A DNA stretch of 64,000 bases, taken from positions 181,722,001 through 181,786,000 of the forward strand of contig OX597815.1 of the NCBI GenBank assembly GCA_951406725.2. The letters are read 5' to 3'. Position 1 is the stretch's first letter, and each line of letters begins with the position of its first letter. A model generated the notes under the pieces. The model did not search any database, was not told the origin of the DNA, and saw only the letters and a program-made list of their open reading frames with translations. The DNA is from Octopus vulgaris. Taxonomy: Eukaryota. Positions 12,321 to 26,900 of the stretch are shown here, in pieces. A program made the translations under genes and the position numbers.

Positions 12321-12628
12321 ATCATATCTGTAAAAGCATGATGTGTGTGTACGTGATTGTAATTTATGCACATCCACAAATTAGCACGCATGTCGCTCAA
12401 ATTTTAGGAGGACATTCGTCAACATCCTATCTGGGTTTTGTCAACTTATTTTATCCCAAGGCACCCGCGGATAGCGGTAAAATTCTATTTTCAGCCATAG
12501 CTTTTAGCCATAAAAAATATCAGCCACAGCTTTTTTGACGGTGTCTAACAAGAAAAAAAAAGATAAAGAAAATTGGAAGAGAGTTTCATGGTGTCTAAAC
12601 AAAAAAAGGGAAAGACAAAGTGAGAGAT

Positions 12629-12666
<38 letters not shown>

Positions 12667-13018
12667 AGTGGACAACGTTCATAAAAAATACAATGTAAAA
12701 TGTTTTGTTTTTTCTTAAACACAAGATATAGAGTTCAAATTCAGGATGTTTTTGAAAGACACTATATTTTATAATCATAGTATATATACTTTCTCACACG
12801 AAACTTACAATATATTTATTTTGAATCGTTCATCTTTCTTCCCCCTCTCTCTCTCACACACATTACTTTGGGTGCGAAAGAGTTTTGTTTTTATTTTATG
12901 CCGTGTAAAAAAGTGTTTTGTTGAGAATCGATATCACTTAGTTTGGTTTGAAATAAAGAACTTGATTAGCTTAATAATTGTAACTTAATCCCGGGCAAGG
13001 CCAGGTTATACTGCTAGT
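12321..13018 (+). mobile_element. Non-autonomous Helitron
   Basis: 3' hairpin CCCGGGCAAGGCC(A/G)GG followed by TACTGCTAG|T; probable 5' A|TC start near 12321; duplicate at about 23566-24257. Confidence 0.65.
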
Positions 13019-13772
13019 ACAAAATATACAGAGGCTAAAAATTAAAATGGTTTTTAAAGCATTTTTTCCTGTCTGAGATAAAAGCAAAAAGAGAAGGCTC
13101 TTGATACTTCTTAGGAACCCTGATACCGGTGAGGGGATAGGAGAAAATTATCCTCAGATCATAGACATTGTTTAAAGTATTTTAATGTTTTCATCAAAAG
13201 ATATTTAGCTGAAAGTTGAGTAACCATGCAGAGCTTTCCATGCTAGTTCAACAAATGGCAGTAAATTTGGGGGAAAACATGGAGAAAAGTCAAATAGGCT
13301 GAAATGTTGGATCTTAAGTCTGTTTAACCAAAGCCTAACAACAACCAGCAGAACCAAAATCTTCAATGATTACACACATGGGAAGAAGGAACTGATCCAT
13401 TTAATGTTTGGTAATTTTAAGAATTAATTGTCCAGGGCAGAGTCATAGTGCAGTGCTGGCAACATAGATTGTGGTACCAATTCTTTGATTGGTTGTCTGA
13501 GACTGTATTGGTTCTGTTGTTGTAGTTCTCATAAGTTGATATAAAAGATGTGTCAACAGCCACACACAAAATGCACTTTTACCAAATACATTAGCACACA
13601 AATAATTAGAAAACTGTGCATGATATATTTAATGTACTTAGCTAATGACTTAGAAAATAATATTGTAATGATACAGATAAGAGATAATAATATTGTAGAT
13701 TTCTAATTAATGTATATATTCCAATACATGTAACAATTTGTAGATAGACATTTAATTGTATAATATTGTATA

Positions 13773-14219
13773 ATGGCAGCAAGCTGGCAGAAACATTAGC
13801 ACACTGGGTGAAATGCTTAGCAGTATTTCATCTGTTTTTACATTCTGAGTTCAAATTCCACCGAGGTCGACTTTGCCTTTCATCCTTTTGGGGTCGATAA
13901 ATTAAGTACCTGTTGTGTACTGGGGTTGGTCTAATCCACTGGCCTCTTCCCCAAAATTTCGGGCCTTGTGCCTAGAGTAGAAAAGAATATACCCACAAAT
14001 AAAAGGTAGTAAGCTGGCAGGAACATTAGCATGCTGGGTGAAGTGCTTAGTGGTATTTCATCTGTTTTTATGTTCTGAGTTCAAATTCCACCAGAGGTCG
14101 ACTTTGCCTTTCATCCTTTTGGGGTCAATAAATTAAGTATCAGTGTGTACTGGAGTCGATCTTATTGACTGGCCCCTGCCCCAAAATTTCGGACCTTGTG
14201 CCTAGAGTAGAAAAGAATA
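13773..14219 (+). mobile_element. Two tandem SINE family B copies
   Basis: Same head, core and tail as 3649-4068; duplicate at 25012-25458. Confidence 0.88.
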
Positions 14220-14272
14220 TTGTTTAAAAGAAGAAGCTTTCTTTATAGGTTTGCTTACAAAATATTCATGAA

Positions 14273-14545
14273 AGGTACAGATGTGGCTGTGTGGTGAGAA
14301 GCTAACTTATCAATCATATGGTTCCAGGTTCAGCCCTACTGCATGGCACCTTGAGCAAATATTTTCTGCTTTAGCCTTGTGAGTGGATTCATGTATATAT
14401 GTGCATATGGTTGTGTGTATACATGTGTCTATGTTTGTTCCCCACACACACCCCTGCTTGACAACTGGTGTTGGGGAGCTTACACCCCGTTGACTTCACA
14501 GTTCAGCAAAAGAGACCAATAGATTTAGAACCAGGCTTTAAAAAA
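14273..14545 (+). mobile_element. Degraded SINE family A
   Basis: Recognisable head and GGCACCTTGAGCAA core. Confidence 0.7.
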
Positions 14546-15114
14546 ATATTTCTGATTGATATTCTATCAGAACAGGTAGCACATTGTGTTCTTGAGCAAA
14601 ACACTTCATTTCACTTTGCTCCAGTCCACTCACCTGTAAATGAATAGCCCTGACATGGAATAGCTTTCCAGTCAGGTGAGAATGCTGGCCTGCTCACCTG
14701 ACCAGTGGGTTGGCATCATTCAAAATGATTATTCATTTATGATACTACACTCTATAAAGTTATTGGCATCAAACAGAACATCCAGCCATAGAAACTATGC
14801 CAAAACAGTCATGGATCCAGGGCAACCCTACAGCTGGCTATCATTATCATCATCATCATGGCCAGCTCCTGCCAAGCCAATCAACCCACACAAGCATGGA
14901 AAAATGGATGTTAAACTGTTTTTAACATTTTCTTATTATCAAAGAATGGATATCTGTATTTTAATACTTTTGTGATAACCAGTGCTTAACACAACAAAGC
15001 TCATACAAAGCTTTACATTTTACTTTTGACAATCTTTTTCTAAAAAAGTGAAGCCAGTCAGTAAATAAACATCTTTAAAATTGCATTTTCAAACCTTCTT
15101 TCATATATATATCA

Positions 15115-15320
15115 CACAAATGGCACATAAAAGCATCTATTACACTCTCAGAGTGGTTGGCATTAAGAAGGGCATCCAGCCATAGAAACCATGTCAAATC
15201 AGACTGGAGTCTGGTACAGCCTTCCAGCTTACTAGCCCTGGTCAAACCGTCCAACCCATGCCAACATGAACAACAGACGTAAAATGATGATGATGATGAT
15301 GGTGATGATGACAATGATGA
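15115..15320 (+). mobile_element. RTE 3' UTR-derived repeat (family C) with (GAT)n tail
   Basis: GGTTGGC.TTA.GAAGGGCATCCAGC..CCAACCCATGCC motif shared with 62520-62740. Confidence 0.8.
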
Positions 15321-15789
15321 TATATAGTGGCTGGCTTCTTACTTAAGTCAAGAATAACTCAAGCCAGAGAAAGTACTCAGCACTGTAGAGGCAAGGGTTT
15401 TCTATGACTCTTTTTATGTGCTTTTCATCCTAGATGTTCTTGGCGAAAGTTAAGTGGAAAGCATTGACATGACAAGCGGGAAGGAATGGAACAAAACTGC
15501 TTTTGTACCAAATTCAATAATTTGTTCTTGCGGCATTGCTGTGTGGAAAGAAATTTGCTTTACAACCTTATGGTTCTCATTTCAGACCCACTGAATGGCA
15601 CCTTGGGTAAGCAGTGATTGGCCTTATGAAAGGCATCCGACCATACAGGCGATGTCAAAACAGACAATTGGAGCCTGGTTTTCCAGCTCCTGTCAGACTG
15701 TTGAACCCATGCTAGCATGGAAAATATTCATTCAATGATGATGATACTCTATACATACATGGATACATTTACACACAAATATATATCGC

Positions 15790-15992
15790 CTTACTGGCAC
15801 TTGTGCTGGTGGCACGTAAAAGCACTCACTGCATTCTCGGAGTGGTTGGCGTTAGGAAGGGCATCCAGCTGTAGAAACTCTGCCAGATCAGATTGGAGCC
15901 TGGTACAGCCATCTGTTTCGCCAGTCTTCAGTCAAATTGTCCAACCCATCCAAGCATGGAAAGCGGATATTAAACGATTATGATGATTATGA
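15790..15992 (+). mobile_element. RTE 3' UTR-derived repeat (family C)
   Basis: Same motif as 15115-15320. Confidence 0.82.
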
Positions 15993-15998
15993 TATATA

Positions 15999-16059
<61 letters not shown>

Positions 16060-16064
16060 TTCAG

Positions 16065-16296
16065 TGAAAAGCAGCAGAAATATCACAAAAACTGTTACCC
16101 AGAGTTTCACGTTCCCATTCGTTGGACAGTTTTGTTTAGAATGGAACAGAAATAAGGTTACGATCAAATGTGTATCCATTAAACTAATTATAACTGTTCA
16201 TAACCTTATTTCTGTCCCATTCCAAACAAAACTGTCCGATGAATGGGAATGTGAAACTCTGAGTAACAGTTTTCGTGATATTTCTGCTGCTTTTCA
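16065..16296. mobile_element. Inverted repeat (about 96 bp arms) between (TA)n tracts, Penelope-like
   Basis: 16065-16160 is the reverse complement of 16201-16296; duplicate at about 27304-27535. Confidence 0.85.
16228..16273 (+). ncRNA. Type I hammerhead ribozyme motif (partly decayed)
   Basis: AAAACTGT-CCGATGA-ATG(GGAA)TGT-GAAA-CTCTGAG-TA|ACAGTTTT: 8 bp stem I, ACTC/GAGT stem III, GUA site. Confidence 0.6.
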
Positions 16297-16373
16297 ATAA
16301 AGCATATTACTCTACCTCTGGTATTCAAGTACTATTCTTTCCACCTTGTTTTGCATTTATGTGCTTACTCTGG

Positions 16374-16406
<33 letters not shown>

Positions 16407-16413
16407 GTGTATA

Positions 16414-16795
16414 TACTCTTTTACTCTTTTACTTGTTTCAGTCATTTGACTGTGGCCATTCTGGAGCACTGCCTTTAGTTGAGCAAATTGACCCCAAGAC
16501 TTATTCTTTGTAAGCCTAGTACTTGTTCTATTGGTCTCTTTTGCCGAACACACCACCATCGGTTGCAAATACACCACCATCAATGGGGGGGGGACATAGG
16601 CACACAAACATATGCACACACATATATATATACATATATAGAACAGGTTTCTTTCAGTTTCTGTCTACCAAATCCACTCACAAGGTTTTGGTCGGCCCAA
16701 GACTATAGTAGAAGACACTTGCCCTAGGGGCAAGTGGGACTGAACCTAGAACCATGTGATTGGTAAGCAAGCTACTTACCACACAGCCACTCCTA
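16414..16795 (-). mobile_element. SINE family A
   Basis: Reverse complement of family A; duplicate at about 27655-28038. Confidence 0.88.
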
Positions 16796-17746
16796 CACTA
16801 CATATATATATAGAGAGAGAGAGAGAGAAAGAGAGAGATAAACATCTATACATAGATACACACAGAGAATATATATACATATATGCTGAAGATAAATTCT
16901 TTTTATATTTTTATCAATTAGTTACATTGAAAAATTTCTCATAATGAGAATATTTCAATGAATAATAATAATCTATCTCTATTTATATTTGCATAAATTT
17001 TATCTATAAAAATATAAATGCTAATCCTTATATATATAGATATAGCTTTTTTCTCACTTACATTTATAATTGTTAGCATTGAATAACTCATGAAATGCGT
17101 AAAATATGTGATGAGATTAATAAAATATATTCTAATTATCTTGACAGTTAATGAAAAGAGCAATCTATATTATGTAGAATTTTTGAAGTAGAAGAAACAG
17201 AACAGGCTTCTAAATATATCAATGAATTGAAAGGAATCGTTGACAATTTCTCCTAAAAATCTAATAAGCAACTTGAAATAAAATAATTTTTAAAATTTTT
17301 TGTTCTATTCCTTACCAGATTGTTTACCATTCCTAAGGTTATTTTAATCCATATGTATCAGATCATTAGTTCTTTGAAATCTTCTCAATATGAGAAATTC
17401 TTCAATTTTGCCCAGGCATAGAAAGGGAAATAAAAGCTCTTTATCCTATCTTGAACAATTGATTTATTGTAAAACTCTTAAACAAACTTCACTTTTGAGC
17501 AAGGTGATGTTTATTTATATAAATCAATCCAGAGTTGTGAGTAAATAAATAATTACCACGGATTTCCCACAGGTTATCCGGTTTATTTTTTTATGACGAA
17601 TGCTTTACTTTATTCTTTTTAAACTAATCTTCTGTGAAATATTTTAGTTCTAAACAGGTCTTTGCATTAGAGTTCTTTTCTGTTTTACTGGCTTCACTCC
17701 TAAAGCTAGAATGGCCATAAAGGGATGCATGAGTAAGTTGATATGT

Positions 17747-18135
17747 TCATCATCATCATCATCATCATTGGTTAACATCCGTTTTCCGTGGGTTGGACAG
17801 TTTTCCTGAGGTCTGGATTGCCAGTCGCTGCTCCAGGCTCCAATCTGATCTGGCAATGTTTCTACAACTGGATGCCCTTCCTAATGCCAACCACTCTGAG
17901 AGTGTAGTGCGTGCTTTTTATGTGCCACCAGCATGAGAGCCAGTCAGGGGGTACTGGTATCGGCTATGTTCAGATGTTGCTTTTTACATGCCACCAGCAT
18001 GGGAGCCAGTCAGGTGGACCTGGAATCAATCACATTCGGATGGTGCTTTTTACGTGCCACCAGCACAGGAGTCAATCAGGGGGCACTGGCCACAGCTATT
18101 ATATTGGTTTTACTTGATTCAACAGGTCTTCTTAA
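17747..18135 (-). mobile_element. RTE 3' UTR-derived repeat (family C) with three internal 66-bp units
   Basis: (CAT)n tail and repeated GCTTTTTA.GTGCCACCAGCA; duplicate at about 28990-29375. Confidence 0.8.
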
Positions 18136-18411
18136 ACATATCATATCACACAATGCATCAGGGGTACTCTTAACTGGGCCGGACATGTGTGGTTATAAAA
18201 ACGTCAATGGCTTCGAATGAAAATATGATGCTAATTTTCTGCATTTTTATATTTGCTTCCCAACCACATGGTTGCACATTCGGTCTCACTGGGTGGAACC
18301 TTCAGCAAGTGTCATCTACTTTACACTCAGGCCAGCTTTGGGAGTGGATTTGGGAAGCAGAAACTGAAAGAAGCACTGTGCATGTGTCAGTGTGTGTGTG
18401 CGTATGTGTTT

Positions 18412-18511
18412 NNNNNNNNNNNNNNNNNNNNNNNNNNNNNNNNNNNNNNNNNNNNNNNNNNNNNNNNNNNNNNNNNNNNNNNNNNNNNNNNNNNNNNNNN
18501 NNNNNNNNNNN
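18412..18511. other. Assembly gap (100 N)
   Basis: Direct reading. Confidence 1.
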
Positions 18512-21500
18512 TAAAACTTTTTGTAAGGAAAATTAATAATTTATTATTATATTACTAAATCTGAAACCATTATAATTTATTATATTACTATTCGGTAAAC
18601 CAACCAATAGGTGTGTCTATAATTGAGATATAAGAGAACAGATAGTTGCATATTAACTCCTTCCCTGTAAACCAACTCTTACTCAAGAATTCTGTTTGTT
18701 CAATGAAAGGAAACTATTTTGCAGAGAATAATTCGGATCAAGTGGGAAAATGTTGATTATCCATTATTCAAAAGTTCTGTGCTCATTTCAGCATTTTCTG
18801 TTTTTCTGTCATTTCCTTACGGTTCACACTTCTAAATTCCCACAGCCTGAAGATGTCAACGTATTTGTGTGTATGTGTACCTTTTAGCAAAAACACATTT
18901 ACACATACTTACACGTCAGTCAAATAACTGTCGGTTTGTAGTGGTAGCCTTCATATTTGTGACTAACAGCATAAAGAAATGCTATTATTTGTATTTAGTA
19001 CCAATATTTGTCTTCTTACCTACAACTTATTTCCAGACATTTCCTCCACTGACACTCAGCTAACTTGTGACTATATCCAGTGATAGCTTTATTGCGCATC
19101 AGCTATTTCTTCTCACACATACTTAAAGTTAATTTTGTTATATTTTCTTTCACCTTCGGAATTCCCAAATAAAATTGTATTTGCAGAGAATACAATTTGT
19201 CACATCATTTAACCGAATACTTTTGCGGAGATTGCTTTAAACTAAACAGCTTGTTGTGACTTTTATATTTGTTACGAGTTTCATTGATATTGAAATGATT
19301 TTTCTTTTAATTATCAACAAACATAATTTTAACGGTTAGGTGTATGTGTGTATTTGTGTGCATGTATATGAGTGTGTTTATGTGTGTGTATATATATATG
19401 TGTGTGTGTGTGTATATATAGGGAGAGTTTACGAAATAAACAAACGACGAAGACAGGTGGTGTACAAAACAAACAGATGTATTAGTATAACGCTCAGGAA
19501 TAGAAAAAGTCTTTTACGTTTCGAGCCTACGCTCTTCTACAGAAAGGGACACAGAAAAAACAAGGAGAGAAAAAAAATTTGTGTAGTGGCTAACGATCTA
19601 TCATGGTGACTGTGTGTGTATATATATATGTGTGTGTGTGTATATATATATATATGTGTGCATATATATATGTATGCGTATATATATATGTGTGCATATT
19701 TGTGTGTGTGTGTGTGTGTATAAGTGAGTGTGTTGAAGTTTATCTTTTTGCTGGCAAGGAACAGCTAAAGACATGTTTCTGCCTATTTAACTTCAAGTTA
19801 GTATAGTCTATTCAAGCCTGTCTAATCATTTACTTTTTTATTTGTTTCAGTCATTTGGCTGTGGCCATGCTGGAGCACCGCCTTTAGTCGAGCAAATTCT
19901 TTGTAAACCCAGTACTTATTCTATCGGTCTATTTTGCTGAACTGCTAAGTTACAGGGATTTAAACACACCAGCATCAGTTGTCAAATGATGTTGGGGGGG
20001 GGGGACAAACACACACACACACATATATATATATATACATATATATAACAGGCTTCTTTCAGTTTCCATCTACCAAATCCACTCACATGGCTTTGGTCGG
20101 ACCAAGGCTATAGTAGAAGACACTTGCCCAAGGGGCCACGCAGTGGGACTGAACCCAAAACCATGTGGTTGGTAAGCAAACTACTTACCACACAGCCACT
20201 CCTGATAACAATTTTCAGAGATCATGATTTTACCATTAATGGTTGAGGTATTTGAAAACAGAAAAACACCAGGCAATATGTTACACCATTTGTAGACTAC
20301 ACAGACATGGTGGTACTTTGTAAATATTTACACAATTGCAGAGACATTTGCGTGCACACACACACACACACAAACACGTGCTATATATATTTACACACAT
20401 ATATATATCTACACTTATATACATATATCTCCACACATACATATATTTCCACACATACATATATCTACGCACACATATCTACACACACATGCCTATCTCT
20501 ACACAGACATACATATATCTTTCAGGTTGGCCTGAAGCTACTGTGCAACCTGAAGCGATATGCTTCAAAACTGAACTTTTCAAACACACCCATGCCTGTG
20601 TATATGCATGTATTTATCTATATACTAGCAGTATCACCTGGCGTTGCTCGGGTTTGTAAGGGAAATAACTATATAAGCATTTTTAGAGAGTTATAGTCAA
20701 AAAATAGCAAAAAAATGCATTAAAATGGAAAGAAAATTATGGTAAATTTTTTTTTAAATCGTTGACTCATCGTAGACATTTTTAGAGAGTTACTTCCCTT
20801 ATATAATAGCGAAAAAATGCATTAAAATGGAAAAAAAATGATGGTAAATTTTTTAAAAATCGTACACTCATCGTGGACGCATGCTAATACCCAGAAGGGC
20901 TCGATATGAATCACGACTATAAGATACTATAAGATAATATCTTATAGTATAAGATACTATAAGTTTTGGTTAAACTGCACCGCAAAATGTGGGAGTAGTT
21001 AGGAATCTAAATCGTAGGAGACAGACACACAACCTTACTTTTATATATAAAGATGTATGTATGTAAGAGAAAGATGGCCAGACATTGAGAGAGACAAAGG
21101 GGTTTTTGAGAAATAACTTTTCTTTTAAACATGTGCTCTATACACAGTTGTAATCTAGTTCTATTTTTCCTATCAGAATAATGTGATACGGTTGTGTGTT
21201 GCGGCCAATCTATAATAAACGGTGGCGTCTAAGTAATTGGTGCAGATATTAATACTAGATTTTGGATTTTGTCTGTTATATTTATACCTCATCACTCAGG
21301 TGTTTAGATAACTTAGGTTTCAGCCAGGATAGACTCAGGCCATGTCTAACTTTATTGTCTAACTTTTAGTCATGTATGGGGCACCATGGCCTACTCTAGC
21401 AAAGAGTTATTTTTTATATTTGCGACAAGACTTTGTTGTGCTAAGAATATTGCCTCCATCATTAAAGCGTAGGTGTGGAGATTTGTAGAGTATGGATAAA

Positions 21501-23871
21501 ACAGGGGACAACTGATGAAGGGAATGTTCTTTATGTTGCATGTCTCATTTCTCTATTTGTTTCTTTTGTTGTTCAAAAAAATGTTCGTTTTCTATGTTTT
21601 TGTTTTTATGTTCTCGTTTCTCATTCTGTCTACGTTTTTTTTTTATGTCCTATACCCATATATGTAAGGGTACAGGACATCATGACAGTGCCCCAGCATG
21701 GCCACAGGTTAATGACTGAAACAAGTAAAATGTAAAAGATTGAAAAATAGTATCAAAGAAAATAATGATGAACTAATGGAGAGAGCTTCTACATGGGTGC
21801 TCAAACCGTTAGAAATAGCAGCTGAATCTCTCAAATCAAGCACAATATTGTCAGCTTGGAAGGTTACATGTCATGTGATAATACAAATTGAAGTGGGTTG
21901 TACCAAAGAAAACATTGCGATGGTTATGGATTTGAGAGCTTTGATCATAAGTCTGCTCAATGATGACTAAACTGGAGCTAAATAACAACAAACAAACAAA
22001 ACATTCTTTGTAGAAAAAAAGTAGAGTGAAAGATTTAACGTTCAGAAACCTTACAATTCTAAATTATGCAAATTTCAAAGCTAAACTGATAAATCAGGTA
22101 AGCCAAGACACAGAGTAAATTAAGAATTAAAAAGAAAATTTTAAAAAAAGCAGAGCCTCAAAAAAAAAAGCTTCCTAAATTCCTGCAAGTGATGGGAAAT
22201 CAGAGAATGAAAGGATTGAGACAACACGAAAATAAATTCTGGGGACTAAACTGTTTCAAGAGGATAAAATGGGATTTTACATGGCATTGAACAGAAAGAA
22301 AATATGACTAAAAGACAATAGTACTTATAAAAAAAATAAATGTTTGAAAAAAACAGACAAAACAAATGACCTGGTTTATACAATTTTTTAAAAAATACTC
22401 TTACAATATTAAGTACAAATAAAAATGAAAAATTTAAAGATAATCATAGAAGAGGAGTGCTTGCAAAATGGAAGACATTGGGAAAGCTCCTGGATAAATT
22501 AAGTACTAAATTATTATTTTTACATCTCACAATGATATTCAATGATAGTACTTTGTAGTAAAGATTGTTTGCCAACATAACATGGCAGTCCTGGTTTAGG
22601 ATGAATGTTGCTGTAATTAAGCCCAGGAGATATTGTCTCCAGCTGGTTATACAACATGATCTGTGTCCTTATATTTTTGAGCAAGGGAATCTAGCACCCT
22701 CACTTAGCTAAAAGCAATATCTGTGTATTGCAATTTCTGGGTTATTTCTCTTCATCAGCACAGAATAATTGTTTGACTAGAGGTGGCGCTGCCAAATTCC
22801 CATTCTAAATATGTAGTTTTCAAAGTGACAACTAGTCACTGATCCACAAATTAGAAAATTACTATTTTTAAATCTCACAACAAGAGAACAAATATTCTGT
22901 GCTGATGAAGGGAAATAACCCGGAAATCACAATACACAGATATTGTTTTGAGCTGAGTGAGAGTGCTAGATTCCCTTGTTTTGAAAATATAAGGACACAG
23001 ATCGTGTCGTATAGCCAGCTCGAGACGATGTCTCTGGGGCTAAATTACAGCAACATTTGTCCTAAACCAAGACTGCCATGTTATGTTGGTAAACAATCTT
23101 TACCCCAAATTAAGTATCAGTTATATACAGGGGTCGATCTGATCAACTGGCCCCCCCTCCCCAAAAATTTGAGGCCTTGTGCCTAGAATAGTAAAGAAAA
23201 GTTCTAGAGTTTTGGGGAGTATGGATTTACATCTTAATCTCATTGCTCCCAGGTTTGCTCAGTCACTGAATGTTAATGTTCCTCTCTATGTTCCTTTAAT
23301 GTAAAAGAGACTTGGCTGCTGTCAGTGTTTGTGGGATAAGTAAATAATTATTATATGGAGGAGACAACAGAAATTACATAAAACTGGTGACTTCTTATTA
23401 TCTGTTACGGGGCTTAAAACCTGCTGTTAATATTTAAGCACAATACACTGTTAATGATGTTATGTTTAATACAGCTATACTAACAAAAGGAACTGCTCTA
23501 CACATACTTGTAAGAATGTATTAGAGAGAAGACATTTCAAATGCAAACGTCAGATTCTAAGCATAATCATATCTATAAAAGGCATGATGTGTGTGTGATT
23601 GTAATTTATGCACATCCACAAATTAGCATGCATGTCGCTCAAATTTTAGGAGGACATTTGTCAACATCCTATCTGGGTTTTGTCAACTTATTTTTTTCCC
23701 AAGGCACCCGCGGAAAGCGGTAAAATTCTATTTTCAGCCATAGCTTTTAGCCATAAAAAATATCAGCCACAGCTTTTTTGACGGTGTCTAACAAGAAAAA
23801 AAAAAGATAAAGAAAATTGGAAGAGAGTTTCATGGTGTCTAAACAAAAAAGGGAAAGACAAAGTGAGAGAT

Positions 23872-23907
<36 letters not shown>

Positions 23908-26900
23908 AGTGACAACGTTCATAAAAAATACAATGTAAAATGTTTTGTTTTTTCTTAAACACGAGATATAGAGTTTAAATTCAGGATGTTTTTGAAAGAC
24001 ACTATATTTTATAATCATAGTATATATACTTTCTCACACGAAACTTACAATATATTTATTTTGAATCGTTCATCTTTCTTCCCCTCTCTCTCTCACACAC
24101 ATTACTTTGGGTGCGAAAGAGTTTTGTTTTTATTTTATGCCGTGTAAAAAAGTGTTTTGTTGAGAATCGATATCACTTAGTTTGGTTTGAAATAAAGAAC
24201 TTGATTAGCTTAATAATTGTAACTTAATCCCGGGCAAGGCCGGGTTATACTGCTAGTACAAAATATACAGAGGCTAAAAATTAAAATGGTTTTTAAAGCA
24301 TTTTTTCCTGTCTGAGATAAAAGCAAAAAGAGAAGGCTCTTGATACTTCTTAGGAACCCTGATACCGGTGAGGGGATAGGAGAAAATTATCCTCAGATCA
24401 TAGACATTGTTTAAAGTATTTTAATGTTTTCATCAAAAGATATTTAGCTGAAAGTTGAGTAGCCATGCAGAGCTTTCCATGCTAGTTCAACAAATGGCAG
24501 TAAATTTGGGGGAAAACATGGAGAAAAGTCAAATAGGCTGAAATCTTGGATCTTAAGTCTGTTTAACCAAAGCCTAACAACAACCAGCAGAACCAAAATC
24601 TTCAATGATTACACACATGGGAAGAAGGAACTGATCCATTTAATGTTTGGTAATTTTAAGAATTAATTGTCCAGGGCAGAGTCATAGTGCAGTGCTGGCA
24701 ACATAGATTGTGGTACCAATTCTTTGATTGGTTGTCTGAGACTGTATTGGTTCTGTTGTTGTAGTTCTCATAAGTTGATATAAAAGATGTGTCAACAGCC
24801 ACACACAAAATGCACTTTTACCAAATACATTAGCACACAAATAATTAGAAAACTGTGCATGATATATTTAATGTACTTAGCTAATGACTTAGAAAATAAT
24901 ATTGTAATGATACAGATAAGAGATAATAATATTGTAGATTTCTAATTAATGTATATATTCCAATACATGTAACAATTTGTAGATAGACATTTAATTGTAT
25001 AATATTGTATAATGGCAGCAAGCTGGCAGAAACATTAGCACACTGGGTGAAATGCTTAGCAGTATTTCATCTGTTTTTACATTCTGAGTTCAAATTCCAC
25101 CGAGGTCGACTTTGCCTTTCATCCTTTTGGGGTCGATAAATTAAGTACCTGTTGTGTACTGGGGTTGGTCTAATCCACTGGCCTCTTCCCCAAAATTTCG
25201 GGCCTTGTGCCTAGAGTAGAAAAGAATATACCCACAAATAAAAGGTAGTAAGCTGGCAGGAACATTAGCATGCTGGGTGAAGTGCTTAGTGGTATTTCAT
25301 CTGTTTTTATGTTCTGAGTTCAAATTCCACCAGAGGTCGACTTTGCCTTTCATCCTTTTGGGGTCAATAAATTAAGTATCAGTGTGTACTGGAGTCGATC
25401 TTATTGACTGGCCCCTGCCCCAAAATTTCGGACCTTGTGCCTAGAGTAGAAAAGAATATTGTTTAAAAGAAGAAGCTTTCTTTATAGGTTTGCTTACAAA
25501 ATATTCATGAAAGGTACAGATGTGGCTGTGTGGTGAGAAGCTAACTTATCAATCATATGGTTCCAGGTTCAGCCCTACTGCATGGCACCTTGAGCAAATA
25601 TTTTCTGCTTTAGCCTTGTGAGTGGATTCATGTATATATGTGCATATGGTTGTGTGTATACATGTGTCTATGTTTGTTCCCCACACACACCCCTGCTTGA
25701 CAACTGGTGTTGGGGAGCTTACACCCCGTTGACTTCACAGTTCAGCAAAAGAGACCAATAGATTTAGAACCAGGCTTTAAAAAAATATTTCTGATTGATA
25801 TTCTATCAGAACAGGTAGCACATTGTGTTCTTGAGCAAAACACTTCATTTCACATTGCTCCAGTCCACTCACCTGTAAATGAATAGCCCTGACATGGAAT
25901 AGCTTTCCAGTCAGGTGAGAATGCTGGCCTGCTCACCTGACCAGTGGGTTGGCATCATTCAAAATGATTATTCATTTATGATACTACACTCTATAAAGTT
26001 ATTGGCATCAAACAGAACATCCAGCCATAGAAACTATGCCAAAACAGTCATGGATCCAGGGCAACCCTACAGCTGGCTATCATTATCATCATCATCATGG
26101 CCAGCTCCTGCCAAGCCAATCAACCCACACAAGCATGGAAAAATGGATGTTAAACTGTTTTTAACATTTTCTTATTATCAAAGAATGGATATCTGTATTT
26201 TAATACTTTTGTGATAACCAGTGCTTAACACAACAAAGCTCATACAAAGCTTTACATTTTACTTTTGACAATCTTTTTCTAAAAAAGTGAAGCCAGTCAG
26301 TAAATAAACATCTTTAAAATTGCATTTTCAAACCTTCTTTCATATATATATCACACAAATGGCACATAAAAGCATCTATTACACTCTCAGAGTGGTTGGC
26401 ATTAAGAAGGGCATCCAGCCATAGAAACCATGTCAAATCAGACTGGAGTCTGGTACAGCCTTCCAGCTTACTAGCCCTGGTCAAACCGTCCAACCCATGC
26501 CAACATGAACAACAGACGTAAAATGATGATGATGATGATGGTGATGATGACAATGATGATATATAGTGGCTGGCTTCTTACTTAAGTCAAGAATAACTCA
26601 AGCCAGAGAAAGTACTCAGCACTGTAGAGGCAAGGGTTTTCTATGACTCTTTTTATGTGCTTTTTATCCTAGATGTTCTTGGCGAAAGTTAAGTGGAAAG
26701 CATTGACATGACAAGCGGGAAGGAATGGAACAAAACTGCTTTTGTACCAAATTCAATAATTTGTTCTTGCGGCATTGCTGTGTGGAAAGAAATTTGCTTT
26801 ACAACCTTATGGTTCTCATTTCAGACCCACTGAATGGCACCTTGGGTAAGCAGTGATTGGCCTTATGAAAGGCATCCGACCATACAGGCGATGTCAAAAC

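Larger units (their letters stand above)
7274..18411 (+). repeat. Copy 1 of an 11.2 kb direct duplication
   Basis: Collinear and near-identical to 18512-29651 (offset about 11,240). Confidence 0.97.
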
